A DNA stretch of 64,000 bases from Octopus vulgaris (Eukaryota), in assembly GCA_951406725.2 (NCBI GenBank), contig OX597815.1, positions 181,908,001 to 181,972,000 of the forward strand, written 5' to 3'. Shown here in pieces: positions 1-13,010 of the stretch (position 1 is the stretch's first letter; each line of letters starts with the position of its first letter). A program made the position numbers and the translations under genes. The notes beneath the pieces are model-generated. The model was not told where the DNA came from. It ran no database searches and saw only the letters and a program-made list of their open reading frames with translations.

Positions 1-160
1 AGTTCAAATTCCGCCGAGATCGACTTTGCCTTTCATCCTTTCGGGGTCGATAAATTACGTACCAGTTATGCACTGGGGTCGATGTAATCGACTTAATACC
101 TATGTCTGTCCTTGTTTGTCCCCTCTATGTTTAGCCCCTTGTGGGTAATAAAGAAATAAG
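1..160 (+). mobile_element. tRNA-derived SINE, family A (Meta-domain-like), 5' part outside window
   Basis: B-box agttcaaattcc, then gactttgcctttcatcctttcggggtcgataaa..gtaccag and tail ...agccccttgtgggtaataaagaaataag; more than 10 further copies in the window. Confidence 0.9.
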
Positions 161-395
161 TATGGAAGAAACTTATGAATCATTGGAACGCTTTCTGAAA
201 GGAGTTAATTACTCAGTTCACAAGTGGAATATTTGTGGTGATTTAAAGGTGATTTTCCTCCTCTTAGGACTGCAGCTGGGATATACCAAAAATATGTGCT
301 TCTTGTGTGTTTAGAACAGCTGCGATGAAAGCAATCATTACACTGTAAAAGCCTGGCCTAAAAGAGATGAGCGCATAGTAGGTCAGTACAATGTG

Positions 396-690
396 GAATG
401 GAAGCACTCCGTCGGTTACGACGACGAGGGTTCCGGTTGATCCGAATCAACGGAACAGCCTGCAGGCCGGCCCTTTGAAATACAGGTACAACAGAAACAG
501 GAAGTAAGAGTGAGAGAAAGTTGTGGTGAAAGAGTACAGCAGGGATCACCACCATCCCCTGCCGGAGCCTAGTGGAGCTTTAGGTGTTTTTGCTCAATAA
601 ACACTCACAACGCCCGGTCTGGGAATCAAAACCGCGATCCTATGACCGCGAGTCCGCTGCCCTAACCACTGGGCCATTGCGCCTCCACCT
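396..690 (-). mobile_element. tRNA-derived SINE, family C, with 14-bp TSD
   Basis: Minus-strand head ggaggcgcaatggcccagtggttagggcagcggactcgcgg (A-box) and B-box-like ggttttgattccc; TSD gtcagtacaatgtg (382-395) / gtcggtacaatgtg (691-704). Confidence 0.9.
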
Positions 691-1278
691 GTCGGTACAA
701 TGTGTGGCTTATGCCACTGGTAGACCCATAAAAGATCTTTCTTCCACCTCTTGACATCAAACTCGGCCTCATGAAAAACTTCATAAAGGCAATGACACAT
801 GAAGGTTGTGGCTTCCAGTACCTAAAAGTAAAATTTTGTGCAGAGAAAAGTGACATAAAACTGAAAGCAGGTATTTTCATTGGATCCGGGATCAGAGAAT
901 TGATATCTGATAGCAAATTCAGAGGTAAACTGAATCCAGTTGAGGTGACAGTATAGGATTCATTCATGTTAGTTGTACAGAACTTTCTTGGAAATCATAG
1001 AGTTGAAGACTATGCTGATTTAATAAACAACAGCGTATGAAAGAATGGGATGCTGAATGTCCCTTAAAATGCACTTCTTGCATTCTCATTTCGATTTTTT
1101 TCCAACAATCTCAGTGTCGTTAGTGATGGGTATGGTGAGAGGTTCCATCAGGACATATATGAGATGGAAACGAGGTATCAAGGCCAGTTCAATCCACATA
1201 TGATGGATAACTACTGTTGGTTCCCACAACAGGAGACCAGCAAACACATAAGCACAAGAGCAAGTGTCTCAAACATTT

Positions 1279-1511
1279 CTTATTTCTTTACTGCCCACAA
1301 GGGGCTACACACAGAGGGGACAAACAAAGACAGACAAATGGATTAAGTTGATTATATCGACCCCAGTGCGTAACTGGTACTTGTTTAATCAACCTCAAAA
1401 GGATGAAAGGCAAAGTCGACCTCGGCGGAATTTGAACTCAGAACGTAGCGGCAGACGAAATACTGCTAAGCATTTCGCCCGGTGTGCTAACGTTTCTGCC
1501 AGCTCACTGCC
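1279..1511 (-). mobile_element. SINE family A (Meta-like), full length
   Basis: Reverse complement of gagctggcagaaacgttagcac...gagttcaaattccgccgaggtcgactttgcc...aaagaaataag. Confidence 0.9.
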
Positions 1512-2999
1512 CTCAAACTTTTCTGAGCCGAGAATACCAAAAATAAAGTGAGTATTCCCTTAGCATAAATATACTATGTACCATTATATTATAATACTAT
1601 TTGCCTTGAACAGAAATTTACTATATACAGTACTAATATACTATTATAATAATTATTTACCTTGAACTTAACTATTCCTGATTCTAATATAGTATTAACA
1701 TATGCATAACTCAAAATCCTGACATGCTACAGCAATTCTGAGTTCAGATTCAGAAACAATGTATTCGATTTAGTTTAGTACAGCACCATTTGTCTGGGTA
1801 GCAGACAATAAATCTTTTTTGTTGCCCAGTTTAATTGACTACATCTCACAACAGATCTTGTAGCTAACAATTTATTGACGGTTATTAGCAGCTCAGACAA
1901 TTCAGTCCGTATATTAAGAATCTCATAACCTTTAACCTTTGTCAATAATGTTATGGGATTTACATTTAAGGTTCTTTTTAAACATATTTATAATTTGTAG
2001 GAAACAATCTAATATTCTCTGTAGCAATCTTTCTCAGTGTTATTTATGAGCTGTGTTCATGTACTTGGCATCATATTTGTCTGCATCTACCCAGACAAAC
2101 ATTATTCTAAATCAATATTCATTAGAAATTATTTGTGAACCAATATTAAAAACACAGATTATAATCAGATTATCATATTAAAAGAAACTCTATTCGTAAT
2201 CTTCTTGCTGGAGTCCTATATTATACAAGTAACACTGTAACTGGAATGATTTATCACCTCCATAAGTCGTGTTTACTGGAAATTAGATTTTTCTTACTGT
2301 TAAGTTTCAGTTATTGTTTTGTGTAAAGAAGTAGTTATTTCAATGAAAGTTGTTTAAAATATTCACTACTTAATTTTTATGTAAGTTTTTAAAATCTAAA
2401 TGTGATATAAAATCGGTATTTCTTATCACATATCAAGTTCAATGATTATCAGAAAAGACATTCTGCTTGCTTTAAACTAGCTGGCAACAAGCAGAGACCA
2501 CTCACCATCAAAGTAGAACTGTTAGCATTAGAAAGATATCCAAATGTAAAATCGATTTCTTCAAAAACATTTAAATGTCCAGATTTGTAAGAAAATGTTA
2601 TTGGAATCATGATAGCTTAGAAAAAGTATATGTAAACAGTATAGAAGAAAATATCAAAAATATGTGACTTTTCTAATTTATAGCATTTTGAAAATGTAAT
2701 CAAGAAAATTAAAAGGTCATAACTAGTTTGTGTTATAAATTAATTAAACTTAATGAGACACAAGTCTTTTAATCAAATTCCAGTACGACTATATAATTTT
2801 TTGTAGCCTACTACTCCATTTCACTTCGTTATAGTCAGTTCGTTAGTTACTAGTACAAAATATCCAATAAAAGAATTTACCGAAATTAGTAATAGTGCAA
2901 AGGATTCAGTTCAATCCACTTCAAAACTAATGTGTTCATGTGTGTGTATGTCGGCAATGAAATTCTCAATAATCATTTAGAAAGAAAATAATTTGCTTC

Positions 3000-3432
3000 A
3001 GGTCACAAGTTGGTTGACAGTGAAGGAAGCCTTCATATGAAGCAGATGCATTGGAGGAGTGAACTCTAAGATTAAGCACAAAATAAATTCCTTCAAATAC
3101 TTGGAAAGCTCACAAGAAGTGGTTGATTGCTTATAAAGTGATCTAATTAGCAGTGGAAGTGGATGTACCAAAAGTATAACAGCCAAAGTAAGAATGAGGT
3201 GGAACAAATGTTGTGAGGTGTTTCTGCCCGAAGGACAAACTGTATGATGCTTGTGTATGGAATGCAATGCTATGTAATAGTGAGACTCGAAAGATTTCTG
3301 GCATCTGAAAAGAAATGAAGTGAACATGCTCTGCTGGATGTGTTATAATGAGAGTGTGTCTCAACAAGGGAGCTGAGAGAAAGGGTAAATTTAAGGAGAA
3401 TCGGAGAGAAGACTGTACTGTTAGGGTATGTG
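3000..3432 (+). mobile_element. Old RTE LINE fragment (C-terminal RT region)
   Basis: SGSGCTKSITAKVRMRWNK, KLYDACV.NAMLCNSET and RNEVNMLCWMC are homologous to the RTE ORFs at 49.3-50.2 kb and 52.4-52.9 kb. Confidence 0.8.
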
Positions 3433-3797
3433 ATGTTACGCACTGGGGTCAATGTAATCGACTGAATCCCTTTCTCCTTGTTTGTCCCCTCTATGTTTAG
3501 CCCCTTGTGAGCAATAAAGAAATAAGAAGGGTATTTGGTCTGTCTGTATTAATCCCTCAACCACTCATTATTATTATTATTACTATTATTATCACTCTAC
3601 TGCTCTTCCACCATTACTCACATCCCTCTGTTTCTCTTCCATCCCAGTGCCTGAGAAATGAAAATTGGCATCAGATTTGTCCATATTCAGTACCGTTTAC
3701 CATCACCTTCCATCACTAACCATCATTCTCTCTACCATAAGTGAGTCCTACATGATATCTACCATCCTCACTCACCATCAGCCATCTCTGTTCTAAT

Positions 3798-3958
3798 CGC
3801 TAGCATAGCTAGGGCGGGGGAAGTAGGGATGGTCCGCCCCGGGTTGCACTTTTCAACCTGTTCAAGACTATTGCTATAGGCAATATGTTTTTTGTGGGGT
3901 CTGGGAGTGGTGAACAGAAGGGCCGCCCCAGGTGGCACACACTCTAGCTACACTAGTG
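3798..3958. mobile_element. hAT-type MITE with 8-bp TSD
   Basis: Imperfect TIRs cgctagcatagctag / ctagctacactagtg; flanks gttctaat (3790-3797) and gttccaat (3959-3966). Confidence 0.75.
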
Positions 3959-5339
3959 GTTCCAATCTATCAACTATTCTCTCTCTTTCTCTCTCTTGGA
4001 TTTGTGTCATAATAAACAGCATCCAATACCGGAATGTGAAATGGTTGGTATTAGAAAGGACATTCAGCCCTGGAACCATGTCACAAGTGAGACACATGGA
4101 CCTGGTAAGGACTCCTGAGTTGTCTAAGAAAGCAATAACTCCATATATGAACTGACTTGGAATGCAATGACCCATCTAACCCAAACCATCATGGAAAATA
4201 GATTTCAAAGGATGATGATGATGATGATGATAACGATGATAATATAGATAAGATCTGAAGAGCTGTGTTATTGAACAATAATTTGTTATTAGAGACATTA
4301 TGTAACATCTCAGGCTTGTAACATATTACAATTCCATTGAAAAGTATTAGCCTTTAAAGAAGCATAGCTGTAGTCTTACCAAACCCTAAGCTATGAGAAT
4401 TCATCTCGAAAATTATTAAAAATCTGCCTTCAAAGAGAAAACCAACTTATTTGTATTGAGTTTCTCACTTGAGAATTTTATTTCTGGAATTTTTTTTCTT
4501 TTGCTGAGGCCTTTGACTGATACACATATTTTCTTAACCAAAATGAAATTCTTTTAAGAATTTTTTTCTCTCTATATTCCTTATTATTAATCTCAAACTA
4601 TGGTAACATCTGCTTTAATCTTTTTTCTGCCTTTGTACTATTTCATTTTTCTTTGTGTAAATGATATCAAAGCATGTTTTGTGATTTTTATAACAACTGA
4701 TCTCACAGAAGGAAATAAGTCAGATATTGCATACAGACAAAACTGGTTTTTATAACTTACTTTTGTCACCATCTTAAAAGTCGTTGTTGTATGCTTCCAG
4801 TAAACTTTATTTCATCAGAGATATGGCATGGCAACAGCAAATTCAACATGTGATATTGGGCTATGTGATATATATGATATTATAGTTTCTTGTATGCTGA
4901 AAGCTTAAAGAAAATATAACATAATTTAGCTCTAAGAACTTACCTCATATTCTTTTGAACAGGATATCTACTATTGATACACCATGTAAAGTAATATCAA
5001 ACAAAGATTTACTTGGTCAAAACTAGTCTGTAATTTAACTTTCAAGCCATTTATTTATTGCGTGTCTTCCTCAATGTGAAAGTTAAAACACTTTCGTTTG
5101 TCATTTTGAAGTTAATTTTTCGGATGATAATTGCCTTGATTAATTTAGAATATGGAGTTGAGAGTTTAGACAGCTTAATTGGTTACCAAACTACACTAAA
5201 TAAACTGTTGGTAATTTTAATTTGATGTTTCTAATAATTCCTGACAAAATTATGGAATCATCACAGTTGGAGTATTTTTAACCAGGTTTTGTTACTTTAT
5301 GGTAAATAAAGAAAAAGATAGAGGTGTGGTGGTGTGGGC

Positions 5340-6030
5340 CTATCCTCTACTATAGCTTTGGGCTGACTAAAGCCCTTGTGATAGATTTGGTAGATAAAAA
5401 CTAAAGGAGCTGGCAGAAACGTTAGCACACCGGGTTAAATGCTTAGCGGTATTTCGTCTGCCGTTATGTTCTGAGTTCAAATTCCACCAAGGTCGACTTT
5501 GCCTTTCATCCTTTCGGGGTCGATTAAATAAGTACCAGTTACACACTGGGGTCGATATAGTCGACTTAATCGGTTTGTCTGTCCTTGTTTGTCCTCTCTG
5601 TGTTTAGCCCCTTGTGGGTAGTAAAGAAATAGGTATTTTGCCTGCTGTTACATTCTGAGTTCAAATTCCGCCGAGATCAACTTTGCTTTTCATCCTTTCG
5701 GGGTCAATTAAATAAGTACCAGTTATGCACTGGGGTCGATATAATCGACATAATCTGTTTGTCTCTCCTTATTTGTCCTCTGTGTGTTTAGCCCCTTGTG
5801 GGCAATAAAGAAATAAGAAATTAGAAACTAAAAGAGCCCATGTGTGTGTGTATGTGTTTGTCCTCCACTACTGCTTCACAACCGGTCTTAGTACGTTTAC
5901 GTCCCATAACTTAGCAGTTCAGTAGAAGTGACTGATAGAATAAGTACCAGGCTTAAGATAAAGAAGTACTGTGGTGCCCCAGCATGGCCACAGTCCAGTG
6001 ACTGAAGCAAGTATAACAAATAAAAGAACA
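5340..6030 (+). mobile_element. SINE family B interrupted by a dimeric family A SINE (5407-5817)
   Basis: Family B body tctactatagc..gatttggtagat stops at ~5406 and resumes at ~5823 (agaaactaaaagagccc) through to its 3' stem-loop tail; the insert is one full family A unit plus one head-truncated unit. Confidence 0.85.
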
Positions 6031-6340
6031 AGAGCACCAAGAGAGTGCAAACTTCTACCAAGGCAACACCAACGTCCTCTCAATGATTAGCCAGAGATGA
6101 TTTTTAAAATGAGAATATTTGAAATAAATTTGACTGCTCTCACAAACGAGAATACTAAAAATGAACCCGACTGCTCTCAAAAATTAAGTAAAAAAACGGG
6201 AAAAATAATCCAGAGTCCTTGTCTGGTACTGGATCGATCCCAGCATCTAATCAGTTTGTGCCAGTCACGAGGCCAAACATCCCTGAAAGTTTCATCCGAA
6301 TCCATCCAGCAGTTCTTGAGGTATCTTGTCCACAAACAAA
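6027..6340 (+). mobile_element. Putative non-autonomous Helentron-associated (HINE/DINE-1-like) element
   Basis: Starts aacaagagcac..cttctaccaaggc and ends aagtttcatccgaatccatccagcagttcttgaggtatcttgtccacaaacaaa, resembling HINE core wording; recognised from memory only. Confidence 0.45.
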
Positions 6341-7052
6341 TCTCATCTATGATGAGAAGAAATCACTTTTGTTTAATAACTAATCATTCTGTCTCTATAA
6401 AACATACCCCAAAACAAACTAATTATTTTAATTAATGGCTTCTTTTTGCCTTGATTGAGGAGAGGTGGAAAAATTATAAATCACACGATATTGAAGGAAA
6501 AATTATGGAATCACCTTGTAATTTGCATCTCTAAAACAAATATCACAACTTTAGAAATGCAAATTAGCTTGCCTTTAAAATAGATTGCTTGCAAACCTTA
6601 ATGAGTTAGTGGACTTGACTAATTGAAAGGAAATATGGTCTCAATAAGAGAGTTGTCAAGTGAAACAATGGAATGTATTCTGAACTCCTTCAAGAAAGAA
6701 ACCAAACATGGAATGAGGCAAAAAATGTTAATCAACTGCGTTTCAAATATTGTGCAAGTATAAACAAAAATGGGAAGATTATAAAAGAATAAAAAGTCGG
6801 AAGACATCAAATCATCAAGATTAAAAGTTCAAGGCCAATATGCCTTGGATATAGAAATTGTACAAGAAAACAAATTAGTGCTGCGATTCCATAATATTTG
6901 CCAGGGGCTGTAATCCGGTTTCATTTAACTGTGAACCATGCTACATTTCAAGCATTACGTTTATTCAATAAAGCTTGACATCTTTTTAACACAGCAAGAA
7001 TTTTATAATTTTGACAATTTCTTACTATTTTTAGCTTCTAACCTTTTTTTTT

Positions 7053-7225
7053 TTACTTGTTTCAGTCATAAAACTGCGGCCATGCTGGAGCAATGTAGAG
7101 AAGAAATTTTAGCCAAATGAACCAATCCCAGTACTTTTTTTTTTCGTAAGACTTGTATTTATTCCATTGGTCTCTTCTGTTGAACTGCTAAGTTACAGGG
7201 ATGTAAACGTGCCAACATTGGTTAC
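7053..7225 (-). mobile_element. SINE family B 3' fragment
   Basis: acttgtttcagtcataaaactgcggccatgctggagc. Confidence 0.75.
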
Positions 7226-7339
7226 CAAGAGTATGGAGTATATAGATTATGTTGAAATATTCTCAGACGTAGAAGAGAAATTTTGAGGCAAATGTGTAAC
7301 CAAACTGTTATTGTAAAGAGTTGGCTAAAGTGTAAATAA

Positions 7340-7730
7340 TACACCCTGGTGTCATGCAAATGGCACCTGTGTCAGTAGCATGTAAAAGCACTCATTACAC
7401 TCTCAGAATGGTTAGCATTAGGAAGGGCCATAGAAAACCATGCCAAATCAGACTGGAGTATGGTGCAGCCTTCTAGTGTGTCAGCCGTGTCAAACTGTCC
7501 AACCTGTTCCAGCATGGACAACAGACATTAAATGATGATGACGACGACGACGACGAGGATGATGATGATGATGATGATGACGACGACGAGGTTAATAATG
7601 AGGATGTTGATGATGATGATGATGATGATGATGACGACGAAGAGGTTGATGATGATGATGATTATGATGATGATAATGAGGATGTTGATGGTGAGGAGGA
7701 GTGGGAGGCTGAGGAGGATGAGGATGATGT
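7340..7730 (+). mobile_element. RTE LINE 3' UTR fragment with an expanded (GAT/GAC/GAG)n tail
   Basis: gcatgtaaaagcac..ttaggaagggc..ccagcatgga..cattaaatgatgatg, followed by ~200 bp of degenerate GAT repeat. Confidence 0.8.
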
Positions 7731-8160
7731 GTATATGCAAGTTTTTGTTGACAATAATGCTCATAGAACTATCTGAATTGAGACTTCAAAAAAGTTCTTG
7801 AGTTTGGGACAAGATGCCCAACTGCAATTGAGAACAGAAAGCAGTGTTTACAGGTGATGCAGTTTATAAAAGCCTCATTAGTTCGTCTGATGTGTCTTTT
7901 GCAGAAGTTTTGTCTTCAAGCGATTGATTTGCAATCAGTGTGCTGGGTGATATCTTCCTTTTTAATATAGACCACATTTTTTTGTTGTAGTGTTTGCTAA
8001 CCTTCAGACTTTTGAGATGTTGAGAGATACATCTAGTATTTACCATCTGCTTATCTGATTGAAGGGCATTGGCACTGAAGCATAATTCATTCAAAGAACA
8101 GACAACATAGAATTCTGGGACCTTTAAGAACTAACTAATCAGCTCCTTACTCTTAGTTTA

Positions 8161-8380
8161 ACCCTGTACTATTCAGATTCCCATGTCAAATTTAGTATTT
8201 ATTTATTCACATAGTTTTGAATTAATCCAGTGTTATTCTGTAACTTTGAGATTTCGATGAGGTGATTGCATATTTTAAGAATGACATTGTAGCGTAGGTG
8301 CAAGAGGCCAGATTTTGACAGTTTGAACATAAAACAAGCAGAATATTTGGACCAGATATGGTCGGTTTACAGAGAAAGGG
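8161..8380. mobile_element. Probable TTAA/CCC-ended MITE (second, older family)
   Basis: tttaaccct... at left and ...gaaagggtta at right, ~220 bp. Confidence 0.45.
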
Positions 8381-9054
8381 TTACAGAAATGACAGTTTAG
8401 ACACCTCTGTTCAATAGTTCAGAGTTTAATAATTCAACCTTTCATAAAAATAAAGAAAATGAAATTTTTTTTTTTCTTTAGCTGATGCTCATTCATTTCA
8501 TTCTTTTTTCTCATTCATTTCCTTCTTTTTTTTCTTGTTCTTTGAGAAAACATTCTATGGAAATCTTGTTCCATAATTTAATGATTCATAAATCTCTTTA
8601 CAAGTGTAATAAGTTATTTCCATCCCATCATTACTATTTTACCATTATAAGCAGACTTTTGTTGATTTCTTTTAGACTGTGGTCTTCTATAGTATGGCAC
8701 ATTGTCTTAAACATTTCAGAAAATTCCTGGAATATTGTTCCAATGTTGAGTAAATCAATGTCACAATGTCATATTTCTGTGAAAGGCTTCCTAATGGTAT
8801 TTCGAAAAGTGCATTACACTCGTAAGTTAAATGGACTTTCCATATCAAAGCTGATTACTTTTGGTCTTAAATCATTTTAGGTCTAAAAACAAGCGCTACC
8901 AAAGTTCTCAAGATTGATGTATGTTGTACAAAAACTGGCAATTGGAAGGAAGTTCGAATGATGGATATATTTACAAGGAGCTTTTCAGGGATCTTAAGCC
9001 AAATTTATATTTTGGGTAGTTCCAGAAATCTTTTTTTAATGCCACATGCATATA

Positions 9055-9094
<40 letters not shown>

Positions 9095-9206
9095 AAGATA
9101 TATATATATAAAGATATATATATATAGATATATAGATATATATAAAGATATATATATATATAAAGATATATATATATATATATATATATACATACATATA
9201 TATAAG

Positions 9207-9239
<33 letters not shown>

Positions 9240-9345
9240 TAAAGATTACATATATATATATCATTACTATCATCATAATCATACATACAAACATATATAT
9301 AATGCGTGTATATATATTTATATATATATATTGTATGTATTTATA
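9055..9345. repeat. Compound (TA)n microsatellite with aaagat variants
   Basis: Direct reading. Confidence 0.95.
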
Positions 9346-9926
9346 TATTTGTGTATGCATATAAGTATGTGTGTGTGTTAGTATTTTCAAGTGTAACTTT
9401 TGTCTGTGTTGTATTTTTAACATTGTTCTTTCCACAAATAACTGTTTTTAATCCCATAGTTTTAGCTTAAAACTTGAGAAACTAGAAATACATTTATTTC
9501 ATTTCTAGGATTTTTCTGTCTGTTATACCTTTTTAAAAAAATTTTTTTTGTTTTAGTTTTTTTGTTTTTTTTCCACTTCTGTTTCCTTCTTCTGATATAA
9601 TAAATGTGTTTTCCAGTTTCTTTTCATTTGAAAATTCTGAAAAGACTTAATATTGATATGAAAGCTATTTCGAAAACAGCATTACTGTTTATATAGATTC
9701 ATACATTAAACAAATATTAATGATTGTCTAAAGCATAGGTTCTCAAAGTGGGCAATAAATCCAACCCCACCCACCCAATGGGCGTTGAGATGATTCAGGT
9801 GGATGCTGGTGCCTAAGGGGACAGTGGGGGAGGGGGAGAAAAAAGAGGCGTTGAGAGGAAGGCAGTGAATTAGGAGAGGCTATGAATTTATTATAATATT
9901 ATTATAGTATTGTATACAAATTATAT

Positions 9927-9927
<1 letters not shown>

Positions 9928-9959
<32 letters not shown>

Positions 9960-10106
9960 TTAGCGTCCGCTTTCCATGCTAGTATGGGTTGGACGGTTCA
10001 ACTGGGGTCTGAGAAGCCAGAAGGCTGCACCAGGCCCAGTCTGATCTAGCAATGTTTCTATGGCTGGATGCCCTTCCTAACACCAACTGTCCTTCCTAAC
10101 GCCAAC
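9928..10106 (-). mobile_element. RTE LINE 3' end fragment
   Basis: (cat)n ttagcgtccgctttccatgctag..ggatgcccttcctaac, same as the 3' end of the ORF-bearing RTE copies. Confidence 0.85.
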
Positions 10107-10129
10107 AATATAATACTATATTAAATACA

Positions 10130-10530
10130 GGCACAGGAGTGGCTGTGTGGTAAGTGGCTTGCTTACCAACCACATGGTTCTGGGTTCTGTCCCACTGCGT
10201 GGTACCCTGGGCAAGTGTCTTCTACTATAGCCTCAGGCCGACCAAAGCCTTGAGCGTGGATTTGGTAGACAGAAACTGAAAGAAGCCTGTCGTATATATG
10301 TACATATATATGTGTGTGTATATATGTTTGTGTTTCTGTGTTTGTCCCCCCAACATTGCTTGACAACTGATGCTGGTGTGCTCACATCCCTGTAACGTAG
10401 TGGTTCGGCAAAAGAGACCAATAAAATAAGTACTAGGCTTCCAAAGAATAAGTCCTAGGGTCGATTTGCTTGACTAAAGGTGGTGCTCTGGCATGGCCGC
10501 AGTCAAATGACTGAAACAGGTAAAAGAGAA
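10130..10530 (+). mobile_element. SINE family B, full length (tRNA head, CORE-like segment, internal TA/TG repeat, LINE-derived tail)
   Basis: gtggctgtgtggtaag A-box, gggttctgtccc B-box, accctgggcaagtgtctt, tail gcatggccgcagtcaaatgactgaaac. Confidence 0.9.
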
Positions 10531-11154
10531 AAGAGAGAGAAAGATTTTGTTTATTTAGATATATTTTCTGGTAAGAAATATATCTGAATATTTAGATTAT
10601 ATTGATGCAGTGTTTTATTACAATAAAAGTTTTTAAAATAGTACAAAATGAGTTGCATTATGAAACACTTGGTTTAATTTATGCTTCAAAATATGGAAAA
10701 CATTTTATATTTTACTCACCTGGAGAAGAATTTCAAAGACAGGCTGTTTCCATTTGGGGAAAAAAACGACTTGTTTCAGCATTGAAGAAATATGTTCAGG
10801 TGACTTGTGAGTGAGAAAATTGAAAAAAGATATACTGTATGTTTGAATTTATTTGAATGTGTATGATATTTTTGCGATTCATTGTCTGACAAGGGACTAA
10901 AGATGTTTCATCTAAAATATCGGTATTTCATATATTGCATTGCTATACAGATCTGTAGAAGTGTAACCATTGTGTTTTGTATAAGTTAAGAGAAGAGGCA
11001 TTGCACATATGTGACTTAATCAAGTCTACAGTGTAAGTAGTTCCGTGTGCAATATTACACACTAACACAAAACCAAACAACTTACTGTTAGCAAACGAAA
11101 TAGTCATACAACTATTGAAAAGCATATACATGGACATATTTGCAAGTCATGAGA

Positions 11155-11203
11155 AATAGTAATAGTCATAATAATAATAATTATAATAATGATGATGATG
11201 ATG

Positions 11204-11244
<41 letters not shown>

Positions 11245-11267
11245 TGGCATGAACTGCTCTCTCACTC

Positions 11268-11310
<43 letters not shown>

Positions 11311-11710
11311 TGCCCTGATGCAGTACTAGGCAGTGGCTCTCATGGCTTCTGATCTTAACTGATTGGAAGTGTTATCATGTACATTGTTTTGTCTTGGTAT
11401 AGAAGATGGGTTACAGCAAATATTCTGCTCAATACCACAGATTTGCTTGTCAGTTGTTTGACCATAACCAGTTGAGCATGTCCCTTGGTGGCTGACGATA
11501 TGTGCATCTGTGATCACGAGCAGAAGTAGTGGGGGAGCGTCATAACCATGTGCTGAGGTCATGCAAGGTCATGTGCTGTTTATCTTGATATGAGATCACC
11601 ATGTCACACATATATGGTTGTGAAGCATGTGACTAGTGTACCCTTATCAGACGGGTAGTCATGATGGGTATACAGGGCTTCGTATATTTTACCCCAGTGT
11701 CACTTTAATG
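11155..11710 (+). mobile_element. (AAT)n microsatellite cluster carrying an AAT-associated non-coding retroposon family
   Basis: 24-bp piece tggcatgaactgctctctcactc between two (AAT)n runs; 11562-11712 matches 24035-24186 and 31812-31870. Confidence 0.7.
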
Positions 11711-11714
11711 GCAG

Positions 11715-11920
11715 ATGGCCCTTGTGCTGGTGGCACATAAAAGCACCCGCAACACTCTTGGAGTGGTTGGCGTTAGGAAAGGCATCCAGCTGTAGAAACT
11801 TTGCCAGAACAGATTGGAGCCTGGTGCAGCCTTCTGGCTAGCCAGCCCTCAGTCAAACCATCCGATCCTATGCCAGCGTGGAAAGTGGGCGTTAAACGAT
11901 GATGATGATGATGATAATGA
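11715..11920 (+). mobile_element. RTE LINE 3' end fragment
   Basis: gtgctggtggcacataaaagcac..gttaaacgatgatgat. Confidence 0.85.
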
Positions 11921-12384
11921 ATACTATCCATAATGAATTATGTTTGCAATGACGTAAGATTTGTTTCAAGATGGAATCCAATCAATTCCCAAAATAAAAT
12001 TATATTGTGGAGAATAGTTTTGAATGTATAAACCAATTTTATATTATTGAAAGAACCCATGGTAAGTAGTAAAGAAACAAATGAAGCCTTTTACATCATA
12101 GAATAAGCATGCTTTTGTGAGACATGGTATAACTTTTGGAAATGTATTATTGTGCAGAATAGTTTTGACAATTGCAACCCCAATGACAGTTTTCATTTGT
12201 CATTTGCCCAGAGGGAGCTCAGGTTCTGTGCCAAACAATCATATTTTTCAGTTCATATGCAAAATATTCTCATTTCAAGAAACAGAACAGATTCGTAGCA
12301 GTGACTCTTAAGGAAAAGGCAGATAATTTTAATAAATTGATTAATAGCACAAAATTAATTTACAAACTTACGAAATGACGAGTC

Positions 12385-12535
12385 TTCTTTCCTACTCTAG
12401 GCACAAGGCCTGAAATTTTGGAGGAGGGGGGCCAGTCGATTAGATCAACCCCAATACACAACTGGTACTTAATTTATCAACCTTGAAAGGGTGAAAGGCA
12501 AAGTTGACCTCGGTGGAATTTGAACGCAGAACATA
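12385..12535 (-). mobile_element. SINE family A, alternative tail
   Basis: Minus-strand Meta-like core followed by atcgactggcccccctcc..ggccttgtgcctagagtag. Confidence 0.8.
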
Positions 12536-12849
12536 GAGAGAAAAGAAAATCTTGCAAGCAAGGTGGCAGTTGAGAATATATTTGTCACTTGATAGAAGTG
12601 ATAGTAAATAGGAGAAGTGTAATGAAAACTTTTGGCCAGTTGTAATTTGCATAATCAAAGCATAAAAGAAGTAAAGAAAATAATTAAAGAGTGATGTAAT
12701 TAATGATGTACTTAATCAACTCTCAACGAATCATGTTTCCCAACTCAAAGGCAAAACCTCAAATAAAATTTCTGAAACTAAAATGAAAATTTCAATTAAT
12801 TCAAAATTTTTTCCCTTTATATTTTCCTTTTTTTTTTTTCTTTTTTTGT

Positions 12850-13010
12850 GCGGGCATGCCCATGTGGTAATAAATTTGCTTCCCAACCATAGGGTCCTAG
12901 GTTCTATCCCACTGCATGGCACCTTGGGCAAGTGTCTTCAGCTATAGCTTCAGGCTGACTAGAGACTTGTGAGTGGATTTGGTAGATGGAAACTGAAAGA
13001 AGCCCATCAC
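12850..13010 (+). mobile_element. SINE family B 5' half
   Basis: gtggtaa..cccactgcatggcaccttgggcaagtgtctt..gaaactgaaagaagccc. Confidence 0.85.

Larger units (their letters stand above)
161..1831 (+). mobile_element. Decayed DNA transposon, Chapaev3-like (CMC) transposase pseudogene with right terminus, interrupted by two SINEs
   Basis: Translated pieces WNICGDLKVIFLLLGLQLGYTKNMCFLC, IFLPPLDIKLGLMKNFIKAM..GFQYLK..LKAGIFIG, NFLGN, MSLKMHFLHSHFDFF, VSD..GERFHQDI.EMETRYQG..MMDNYCW, with stops and frameshifts. Ends in tttttgttgcccagt followed by tta, resembling a (C)ACTGGGCAAC terminus with TWA target. Family name is from recalled motifs. Confidence 0.75.

Noticed and set aside
4761-5027. Two minus-strand exons with GTAAGT donors
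   Set aside because: All frames contain stops and the implied intron is only ~47 nt; a lncRNA cannot be excluded but is unsupported
7864-8094. 76-aa minus-strand ORF as a host exon
   Set aside because: No recognisable motif and no convincing splice donor
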